This document shows positions 54,793-62,409 of a stretch of DNA of 62,409 nt, piece after piece (positions within the stretch are counted from its first letter, which is position 1; every line of letters begins with the position of its first letter). Under the pieces are notes generated by a model. The model had not been told where the DNA came from. It did no database searches and saw nothing but the letters and a program-made list of their open reading frames with translations. This DNA is from a virus (Duplodnaviria; Caudoviricetes), in IMG/VR virus record IMGVR_UViG_3300042518_001073, positions 1-62,409 of that record; one strand, given 5' to 3'. Position numbers and translations under genes: made by a program.

Positions 54793-57109
54793 TTCGTCCT
54801 CCTTTTGCTGCTTGTAACTGCAACCGCGCCTGGTCGATTTGCAGCGACTGCTGCATCTTTTGCGTCTCCAATTGCAGCTTGGCTTGATCCAACTGCATCT
54901 TGGCCTGGTCAGCCGCGGCCCGCTGATCAAGTTCTTGCTTCTTGAGCGCGACAAGGGGGTCTTCTCCGCCCGCACCTTCGCCGGAGATCTGCGACTGCAT
55001 GTTGCGCATCTCCTGCATGTAGGTCGTCGCCTTGATCGCGATCATGCCTTCCTTCTGGATCGACGAAACTATGCGATCAGGGTCCACGCCGTACATACGG
55101 AAGAGATCCGCCTCGACATCCTCTTCGGCCTTGATCCGCAGATGCTCCAAAATGTGCTGCTGAAGCTCCATCGCGGCCATCGGATTGGACTGAAGCATCG
55201 GCGACATGCCCATCATCAAATGCGCCGCAACATGCGCGTCGTGCTGCTGACCCGCGAACGCCTTGAGCTTCATGTTGTTCAAAACAGCACTGTTCTCGGA
55301 CAGTGGGTCGCGCGGCATCTGGTTGTTTTGTGGTAACAACAACCCGTCGATGTCGCGAATGTTCAGCGCGGCGTACACACGGTAGTACGCCTCGTACATG
55401 TTGTGCATGTTTGGCGCGCTCTGCGCCATCTGCAACTGCATCTGGGCAAGTTGAATGCGCTGCGCGCTGCTGAAGATGTTCGGATCGGCGACCGGCTGCA
55501 CCGACACCATGTTGTCGAAGTCCGCACGCTTGATCTTGCGGCTCGCCCCCGGCACATCGTACGGATATTCGTCCGGCAGGTACTGGCCAAAGCCCTCAAA
55601 GAGCAGCCGGAACTCCAACGACTGCGCATAGTGCAACCGTTTATGGATCGCGGACATGACCATTGCGCCGCGCTCGAGCAACGCGAGCGTCGTACCGACC
55701 TGCGCGTACTGGTTGCCGTCGCCGACCTGCATATCGGCCGTGCTCGAGAGCCGTTTGCCAGCGTCCACGACAAATCCGAGCAGCGCAAACAGCACTTGGC
55801 TCGGCTCCTTGTACGGAAGCGGCAACAAAGACGAAGAAAGCTCCGCGCCACCCGCGTCGATGTCGCGCCACTCGCCCGGCTGGATCGGATCCGAGTCGTC
55901 CGCGATGCGTGCGCCCTTGGCTTTGAAGCCCGCAGGCAGGTTGGCAAGCGTTCCAGCGTCAATCAACTGCCGCAACGCGCTCGAAGCCGCCTTGGAAAGG
56001 CCGCCGATGAGGTGCACAAAGCCCAAGCCGTACGCGCCAGGGCCCTCGACGAGCACGTAATGCACAAAATAGTTGCGACGACGCTTTGTCTCATCGTCTT
56101 CGCGCCAGTTTCGGCGGATTCCGATAACTTTGAGCGTGTCTTCGGCCAGCGTGACAACGTACGGGAGCTTAATCCCCGTCGGTTCGCCGTTTTCGCCCTT
56201 GTCTTCAAAGCCCGGAAGGTCCAAATCGACCAGCATTTCGAGCAAAAAGACCTCTCCGGCCTGATCCGTGGGCTGTACGCCCGTCACTTTGTCGATCGCA
56301 GCCTGGATTTGGCTCGGATCTGCGGGGGTCGGCTCTAGTTCAACGGCAATATCTAAATATTCACCGATTAAAACGCGCTTGCGGTACTCGTTTGCGTCCA
56401 TCGCAATGCGGTGAGTCAGCCGCGAACACTGCGACACGACACTCGAACCGTTATACGGGATGTATACATCGTCCGCGAGGCATAGTTTTGACACCATGCG
56501 ACCGAGCTGCATGTCGTAATAGACCTTCTTGAAGGTCGATCCACCGTATCCGGTGTAGTACAGGAGCTGATCGAACTCCGGTGTGTACTCTTCCATCACC
56601 GTCGTGATCTGGTAATTCATGAAGTCCTGCACGCGCGAGGCCTGCTGGAACTTGTCGACGGTCTCTTTGCCTAGAATTTGCGTGCGAACAGGGCCGCCAG
56701 CCGGCATCAGCTCCTTAAAAGCCTGCGCCTGGAACTGAATAATGGCCTCTTGCAGCATCGGATGGGTCACGCCAGCCGCGCCACGAAAGGGTTTGGTGCG
56801 CTCTTCCATGCGCAAGCCCAAAAGATCAAGGCCCTTGGCGTACATCTGCTCCCAATCGGAGCGCGATCCCTTGTCCGCCTCGAACATTGCGGACACGTCT
56901 AGGGCAATCCGGCCTAGCTCATCGGGGTCAACAACTTCCGCAAGGTTGGCGTAGAAGTCGACTTCCTTCGCCTCGCTCTCGCCAATCTCGATAACCGCCC
57001 CGCCTTCCTCGTCCAGGACAATCTCGACGTCCGGCATCTCAGGCGCTTCCTCGGCAATCACCAGGATGCTGGCGTCCGGGGCTTGGTTAATAGCTTTGTC
57101 AATTGGCAT
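54782..57109 (-). CDS. Portal protein (P22-like, with C-terminal barrel)
   Basis: 775 aa; SRSDWE, HPML.EA, GSTFKKVYYD, Gln-rich coiled C-terminus. Confidence 0.85.
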   Translation of the reverse strand: MPIDKAINQAPDASILVIAEEAPEMPDVEIVLDEEGGAVIEIGESEAKEVDFYANLAEVVDPDELGRIALDVSAMFEADKGSRSDWEQMYAKGLDLLGLRMEERTKPFRGAAGVTHPMLQEAIIQFQAQAFKELMPAGGPVRTQILGKETVDKFQQASRVQDFMNYQITTVMEEYTPEFDQLLYYTGYGGSTFKKVYYDMQLGRMVSKLCLADDVYIPYNGSSVVSQCSRLTHRIAMDANEYRKRVLIGEYLDIAVELEPTPADPSQIQAAIDKVTGVQPTDQAGEVFLLEMLVDLDLPGFEDKGENGEPTGIKLPYVVTLAEDTLKVIGIRRNWREDDETKRRRNYFVHYVLVEGPGAYGLGFVHLIGGLSKAASSALRQLIDAGTLANLPAGFKAKGARIADDSDPIQPGEWRDIDAGGAELSSSLLPLPYKEPSQVLFALLGFVVDAGKRLSSTADMQVGDGNQYAQVGTTLALLERGAMVMSAIHKRLHYAQSLEFRLLFEGFGQYLPDEYPYDVPGASRKIKRADFDNMVSVQPVADPNIFSSAQRIQLAQMQLQMAQSAPNMHNMYEAYYRVYAALNIRDIDGLLLPQNNQMPRDPLSENSAVLNNMKLKAFAGQQHDAHVAAHLMMGMSPMLQSNPMAAMELQQHILEHLRIKAEEDVEADLFRMYGVDPDRIVSSIQKEGMIAIKATTYMQEMRNMQSQISGEGAGGEDPLVALKKQELDQRAAADQAKMQLDQAKLQLETQKMQQSLQIDQARLQLQAAKGGRNAA

Positions 57110-57127
57110 GTTGTAATCCTAGTACGT

Positions 57128-59002
57128 TTAGTCGCGGCCGTAAATGTTTTTCGCGTCCAGTGACTTTTTATACCCCTCCAGAAGAGGCGTTAGATACGAT
57201 GAAGATTCCTCTATAGCAATGGGCTTGATGCTTTGATCTAGGAACTGATAAACCGAATAGTCATAGTTGCTTGGTGGTTTATTGCCCGTAGCGCGACCAT
57301 TGCCCTTGATCTGCGAAACAATCGGACCTTGCTTGGTGTTCTTTACCTCGATCGTTGTCACCGGACGGTTGCGATCGTCCCGTAGCGAATAGATCGATAC
57401 ATCACCATTAACAAACCGTTGATAGGCGTCAGGGCCGTATCCGCCACCCTTCGAGTATCCGCCTACGGAATGTCCTACATATGCCCCTTCTGGAGCAGTA
57501 GCCTCTGGATCTTCGATCTTACGCCAAGTGAACCCAGGATTCGGGCTGTCGTCCCCAAAGGTCAAAAGCGGGGCGCTGACTCCTTCTGTAAACACACGAT
57601 CTGGAACTCGCCGACCTGCCTTAATGTCCGCAACAATCGAATCACGTTCCATGAATCGCTTGTTGTATTTAGCAGCATTGATTAACGCGTCCTCGAAACG
57701 AATGCTTTGGATTTTGTTCGCAGGCAGTGTGCTCAAGTATCGAACAAGCATCCTTTCGTCAAACGCGTGTTGGAGAGAGCCTTTTGGAGACATGGTGTAC
57801 AAGGGCTCCCCTTTCTCCATCGCGCGCTTTAGGTTCTCAGGGAGTTTTTTCTCACCCGCCGCTTCCAGGAGCGCAGACATGGTGGAGTCATACACTCCTG
57901 GAAAACGATCTCCGGCCGGTACAGCCAGTTCCATTTTGACATTGGCCTGGGACACAGGAACGCCCTGTGCCAGCAGCTCTTCGATTTGTCTTTCCTGAAG
58001 CCCCATTTCCTGGGCGCGAGCAACGTCCGTTTTCCAAGTGCCTTCTGGGTTTAACAATGACGGATCGTTTCTGTAGACGTACGACTGTACGTTAGCCAGT
58101 TCGTCATAACGTCGAGTAAGGCTTGGCAACAGATCAGGGTACTTCGGAAAGAACCGTGTCTCCCCCGTTGGGGATACCTTGGTTTTACCTTGAGTTAGTG
58201 CGTCAATACGATCTCGCGGGAAATCATCCATCATCTTCGTGTTGGATAGATCGCCACGCAGGATTGCTTTGAAAACCGGATCGTTTGGTGTTCCAAACTG
58301 TTTTACAAAATAGTTCTTTGCTTTGTTTTCAAAGAAAGTCTTAATGGCCGTTTTCTGCTCTAAACTCAGTGGTTCCGTTGTGTACTCAACAGTCCGCTTA
58401 CCGTCACGAACGTACCTGTCTACAAAACTTCTTGGGATGTCTTTGTCATAAACCCCAGTGACAACCTGACCGATGTTCTCTGGGCGAGAAGCCTCAAGTT
58501 TGGTCCGAGTGCGGCGCCCCGGAGTAATGTTGCCTGCAATGAACTCCGTCATACTGGCTGGGGATTTAACAGCTTCCGCCCCAACGTCTACAAAAGCAGA
58601 AGCTAACTTACGCGCGGCCGCAACAGGATCTCCTGCCGCTTCTGCCATCGCTTGGTTGGCCATGTCAAAAGTTTCCCGACTCTGTGCGGGTGCGGTGCCA
58701 CGAAGCTCTTCAGGCGATCGCTCGCGAATAGACTGCATCAGCCCGCCAAGATAGTCTCGTGCGGATCCAGCTAATTGCTTCGTGCCCTCAAGCGCGCCCG
58801 TAATGCCACGGCCCGCGGCGGCACTAAGTACTTGCGGGTCGTACGCCTCGATGTCCCGCCAACTCGGCTGCTCGGCAGGAGCGGCCGTCGGAAAGCTCGT
58901 CGGCACCGAGCGCAGCAAATCCGCGCTCGTCTCGCCCGTACGCGGGCTGCCGTTCGCGCGGCGCTTCGGTCGTACTTTGAGCCCTGCCAGTGCGTTCTTC
59001 AT
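57128..59002 (-). CDS. Putative capsid-packaged protein with C-terminal PcfJ-like domain
   Basis: EG..VGHSVGGY...IYSLRD...PVTTIEV...QIKG..; lower-GC body. Confidence 0.65.
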   Translation of the reverse strand: MKNALAGLKVRPKRRANGSPRTGETSADLLRSVPTSFPTAAPAEQPSWRDIEAYDPQVLSAAAGRGITGALEGTKQLAGSARDYLGGLMQSIRERSPEELRGTAPAQSRETFDMANQAMAEAAGDPVAAARKLASAFVDVGAEAVKSPASMTEFIAGNITPGRRTRTKLEASRPENIGQVVTGVYDKDIPRSFVDRYVRDGKRTVEYTTEPLSLEQKTAIKTFFENKAKNYFVKQFGTPNDPVFKAILRGDLSNTKMMDDFPRDRIDALTQGKTKVSPTGETRFFPKYPDLLPSLTRRYDELANVQSYVYRNDPSLLNPEGTWKTDVARAQEMGLQERQIEELLAQGVPVSQANVKMELAVPAGDRFPGVYDSTMSALLEAAGEKKLPENLKRAMEKGEPLYTMSPKGSLQHAFDERMLVRYLSTLPANKIQSIRFEDALINAAKYNKRFMERDSIVADIKAGRRVPDRVFTEGVSAPLLTFGDDSPNPGFTWRKIEDPEATAPEGAYVGHSVGGYSKGGGYGPDAYQRFVNGDVSIYSLRDDRNRPVTTIEVKNTKQGPIVSQIKGNGRATGNKPPSNYDYSVYQFLDQSIKPIAIEESSSYLTPLLEGYKKSLDAKNIYGRD

Positions 59003-62000
59003 TAACGCTTCTTCCGCTTTACCGCCCCGCCCCTGGCGTATCCCGTACGCTCTTCCTTCGGCAGGATCTTCGCCTTGTTCTTCTCGACATACTCGCGCGC
59101 CAGACGCACGACATCCTGCTCATCCTTCGCACGCTGACCAATCTCCCGCCCAAGCGCATCGTTAAAACGATCCATTTCACGCTCGGCTTCCGTCTGCCCC
59201 GGCGAGCCCAGCCGCGACTCGTACGCCATGCTCACAAGGTCAGCAATCGTCGGATTCGTCTTGCGCGTTAGATCAGCCTGATACATCAAGTGCCGCATCG
59301 CATCCGCTTTGCCGCCACCTGACTCCTTCACACCAAACGCCGCGACCGACTCGCGCTCTGCACGGGCAGGAATGTCCGCAACGCCGAGCAACTCCGCCGC
59401 GCCACGCTTCAATTTCCGCGTGCCACGGCCCGCGTACTCCACAAGCTCGTCCAACTTCTCTCGCGCCGAGCTCTTCGCCTCGCCGCCTTCGTTAAACCGC
59501 TTCGCCAGCAGCTCGCCTTCGCGCGCAAGACTCGCCTGCGAAAACGTCGGCATGCCGAGCGTCTCACGGATTAACTCCATCTTCTGCCGCGACTCCTCGG
59601 TCTGGCGCTTGGTCCGTGGGCCTTGGGTCTTGGTGACCTCTTCAAACTCCATGGCCATGCCACGCGCACTACCGCGATCCGTCTCTTGACGAATCGGACG
59701 ACGCGACGTGCGACGGACGCTCTGTGAGGTGGGCGACAAACTGACTTCGGTCTTCGAGGACGCCGGCTGACTCATGAGCTGATCCAGCATCGAACGCGCC
59801 GAGTCGATGTCGCGATAGCCCTCGGCTTCGGTCTGCTCCTGCAACAACTGCAAGAGCTCCGCGTCGCTCGCAGGGCCGCCCTTCTTTCGTCCACCAGGCT
59901 TCACGGCTCCCGGCGAAAGGATCACGTTGCCGAAACGGTCCGTGTAGTACCCGGCGTTCTCAGCGCCGCCCAGCATGGTTGGGCCAAGGTTCGGATTCTG
60001 CCCAAGCGCCTGCAACGGGATGTTGCTCGTCAGGAGACTCGTCGGCGTCTGGCCCGTGGGGATCGTGCCCGGAGTCAAGCCGCCCGTGTTGGGATTGAAG
60101 AACGGCGTGCCGGTGCCCGCGCCAGGCATCGTCGGCAACGGAGCGGCCTGATATCCCGGAATGGGAATAGGCGTCGGCGTGTAGAACCCGCCACCGCCGC
60201 CCGGCGAAGTGACAGGAGGACTCGTAACAGGAGGCGCGCCGCCACCAGGAGGCATCACGGGCCCCGGACCGGGGCGCGCGGGCAGACCGCCGCCTGTCGG
60301 CGGTAACTCGGGGGTTTTTCCACTACCCGGCTCACGGGGGCGCGGTACATTTCCACCGCCCCTACCTACGCCACGGCCGATACGGTTGAGCAAACGGCCG
60401 ATGTCGGTATCGTCGCCGAAGAAGCCGTAGTTAAACCCAGGACGTGGACGAGCAGGGCCACCAGCCATAGGAATGTCACGTACGGGAGGCTCATCCTTCG
60501 TCGGTGGTTTTCCACCGCCCGTCGGGACTTCATCACGATCGTCAATGCCGTTTAGGTTGCGATCGATGAAGTCCCCTGTTCGCACATTACCGCCGCCCGG
60601 TACGGTGCCGCCAGTCGTCGGGGGAGGTTGAATGCCGCCACCGCCAGAAGGCGGAGGCTGTGCAGGAGGCGGCGTTGTCGGAAGAGGGCTGTCGATCAGA
60701 CCAGGAGGCCTTGCAACGCCGTCGCCACCGGGGCCACCGGCACCTGGGGCGCCAGTCCCTGGGCCGCCCGGAGTACCACCACCACGGTTCTTCTCTTCCT
60801 CCCTGCGACGGGCTTCCTCCTCGGCTCTACGGCGAGCCTCATCCTCCGCCGCCTTACGCGCGGCCTCGTCTGCAAGACGACGCTTCTCCGCCTCTTCGGC
60901 TACTCGACGGGCTTCTTCAGCCGCTCGACGAGCTGCTGCATCTTGTTCTTCACGTCGGCGAGCTTCTTCTGCACGACGAGCTGCTTCCTCTTCAGCAGCT
61001 CTACGAGCGGCTTCTTGTTCGGCAGCTTTGCGAGCAGCCTCTTCAGCGGATTTACGAGCGGCTTCTTCTTCAGCGGCTCTTTTGGCGGCTTCCTCAGCCG
61101 CACGACGATTGGCTTCTTCTTCAGCGGCACGACGGGCCGCCTCTTCTTCTGCCCTACGGGCGGCTTCTTGTGCGGCACGGCGTTCGATCTCCTCTTGAGC
61201 AATTCTCTTTGCCTGGTCGCCATAAGGCTTCCAAACATTCGTGATGTCAGGACGGTTGGCAAGATCCTCTTTACTGCGCAACCGCTTCAAATCCTCCGCC
61301 GCGGTGCCGCCAGTGGTAATCGTCTCGCTCTCTTCCGTGCGAGGGGCACGATCACGAGCTTCTTGTTCACGAATAAGAGCTGCTGTTCGCTCGCGTTCCT
61401 GCTGGCGAACGATCTCCGCCGCACGCTCGGCTGCGGCTTGTTCCTGTGCAACACGAGCGGCTTCCTGACGCGCGGCTTCTTGCCTTGCAGCTTCTTGTGC
61501 CGCGGCGGCCTGGGCAGCTTCTTCTTGTGCGCGACGGGCGGCGGCTGCTTCAGCAAGTCTGCGCTGCTCCTCGGCACGACGGGCTTCTTCGTCGCGGCGA
61601 GTGCGGACAGCATCTTCCCGTGCGACCGTCTCTTGCGCACGAGTGCGGGGCGTCGTTGCAGGCTGGGCCTGTTGACGCGGAGCTTGTTGACGGGGAGCTT
61701 GTTGCGCGGCGCGTGCTGCGGCAGCGGCTTGCTCTGCCTGCTGACGTGCAGCCGCCTCTTGCGCTGCACGTTCGGCTTGTTGTCGTGCAGCCGCTTCCTG
61801 CGCCGCACGCTCTGCCTGCTGACGCGCGGCCGCTTGTGCCGCTTGCTGACGGGCCGCTTCCTGCGCGGCTTGTTGTCTCGCGGCCTCTTGTGCTGCACGC
61901 TCTTCCGCTGCACGCATGGCCGCCATGTCCTGCGCAGCGCTGCCAGGACGAGCGACAGGCTCTTCCCGTTGTATGGGGCGAGTGACTGTCGTAGGGCGCA

Positions 62001-62409
62001 TCGTCTCCGCGGACGACGGGCCGGGACGAATGGATAGCGGGGACGGCGTTGGTTCCGCGACAGGTTGTGCCGCTGGCGGCGGAGCCGCAGCTTGCGGAGG
62101 CGGAGCAGTGGGCGCACCGAACAACGGCTGCGTCGCCGCAGGGGCGGAGAACGTCGGGGTCGGCTCAACAACAGGTTGTGCCGCTTGGTTGAGTTGGTTG
62201 AACTCCTCCAGTGCCGTCTCTGCCGCACGCGAGACACCCGGCTCGCGCGCAAACCGCGACGCTGCCTTGTATTCCTTCAGCTTGGTCTTCGGGTTCTTGG
62301 TCCCCGCGCCGCCGAGCTTCTTCAACAGATCACGGGCCGTGGAGCTTAAGTACGCAAGCTCGGTATCGCCGCCACGGCCAGCCGAGGCAACCTTCTTGAT
62401 AAACGCTGC
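59002..62409 (-). CDS. Large low-complexity virion/cargo protein, allele B, with DUF6973-like C-terminal domain (true start at 2566 via the circular join)
   Basis: E/R/A single-helix tracts, Pro/Gly region, DRNLNGIDD, ADAMRH...E...EMDRFNDALGREIG. Confidence 0.8.
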   Translation of the reverse strand, partial: AAFIKKVASAGRGGDTELAYLSSTARDLLKKLGGAGTKNPKTKLKEYKAASRFAREPGVSRAAETALEEFNQLNQAAQPVVEPTPTFSAPAATQPLFGAPTAPPPQAAAPPPAAQPVAEPTPSPLSIRPGPSSAETMRPTTVTRPIQREEPVARPGSAAQDMAAMRAAEERAAQEAARQQAAQEAARQQAAQAAARQQAERAAQEAAARQQAERAAQEAAARQQAEQAAAAARAAQQAPRQQAPRQQAQPATTPRTRAQETVAREDAVRTRRDEEARRAEEQRRLAEAAAARRAQEEAAQAAAAQEAARQEAARQEAARVAQEQAAAERAAEIVRQQERERTAALIREQEARDRAPRTEESETITTGGTAAEDLKRLRSKEDLANRPDITNVWKPYGDQAKRIAQEEIERRAAQEAARRAEEEAARRAAEEEANRRAAEEAAKRAAEEEAARKSAEEAARKAAEQEAARRAAEEEAARRAEEARRREEQDAAARRAAEEARRVAEEAEKRRLADEAARKAAEDEARRRAEEEARRREEEKNRGGGTPGGPGTGAPGAGGPGGDGVARPPGLIDSPLPTTPPPAQPPPSGGGGIQPPPTTGGTVPGGGNVRTGDFIDRNLNGIDDRDEVPTGGGKPPTKDEPPVRDIPMAGGPARPRPGFNYGFFGDDTDIGRLLNRIGRGVGRGGGNVPRPREPGSGKTPELPPTGGGLPARPGPGPVMPPGGGAPPVTSPPVTSPGGGGGFYTPTPIPIPGYQAAPLPTMPGAGTGTPFFNPNTGGLTPGTIPTGQTPTSLLTSNIPLQALGQNPNLGPTMLGGAENAGYYTDRFGNVILSPGAVKPGGRKKGGPASDAELLQLLQEQTEAEGYRDIDSARSMLDQLMSQPASSKTEVSLSPTSQSVRRTSRRPIRQETDRGSARGMAMEFEEVTKTQGPRTKRQTEESRQKMELIRETLGMPTFSQASLAREGELLAKRFNEGGEAKSSAREKLDELVEYAGRGTRKLKRGAAELLGVADIPARAERESVAAFGVKESGGGKADAMRHLMYQADLTRKTNPTIADLVSMAYESRLGSPGQTEAEREMDRFNDALGREIGQRAKDEQDVVRLAREYVEKNKAKILPKEERTGYARGGAVKRKKR

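Noticed and set aside
54782-54815. Portal C-terminal AAKGG as an xxGG motif
   Set aside because: Explained by the overlapping AAAGGAGG RBS of the next gene
60628-62037. Long plus-strand ORFs (also 1610..2458, 18364..19311, 30633..31511, 53161..54210)
   Set aside because: Antisense shadows of GC-rich or low-complexity minus-strand genes, with no recognisable motifs
1-62409. tRNA genes, integrase or repressor
   Set aside because: None recognised by eye; tRNAscan and HMM searches are needed to confirm absence

Overview
The window looks like an essentially complete, circularly assembled genome (~59.8 kb unit) of a high-GC tailed dsDNA phage. It is podovirus-like, and its gene order resembles HTVC023P-type and uncultured aquatic phages (recalled, not searched). 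Positions 1-2518 and 59784-62409 are two diverged alleles of one locus. Almost all genes are on the minus strand. Modules in order: TerL; a compositionally unusual early island (DUF7227-like, DUF932, PAPS-reductase-like) between TerL and TerS; an AT-rich origin-like region; small accessory genes; replication genes (Leu762 family A polymerase, UvrD-like helicase, primase, SSB-like, SNF2, exonuclease); ejection proteins; tail; lysis; capsid, scaffold, GroES and portal; putative capsid-cargo proteins. I saw no integrase, tRNA, CRISPR array or reverse transcriptase. Most interesting signals: (1) a Cys-substituted beta-repeat tail fibre next to a GT9-like glycosyltransferase with Lys at the catalytic Asp position, suggesting S-glycosylation of the fibre; (2) a recurrent hydrophobic-x-x-GG motif across virion proteins, suggesting processing or cargo targeting; (3) a lone chromosomal-type parS site; (4) a CAG/CTG-depleted, palindrome-rich early island; (5) strand-polarised 7-bp repeats embedded in genes; (6) four structured late leaders, including a probable Mu-gpT-DE RNA. 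All family assignments come from motif recognition by eye, not database searches.
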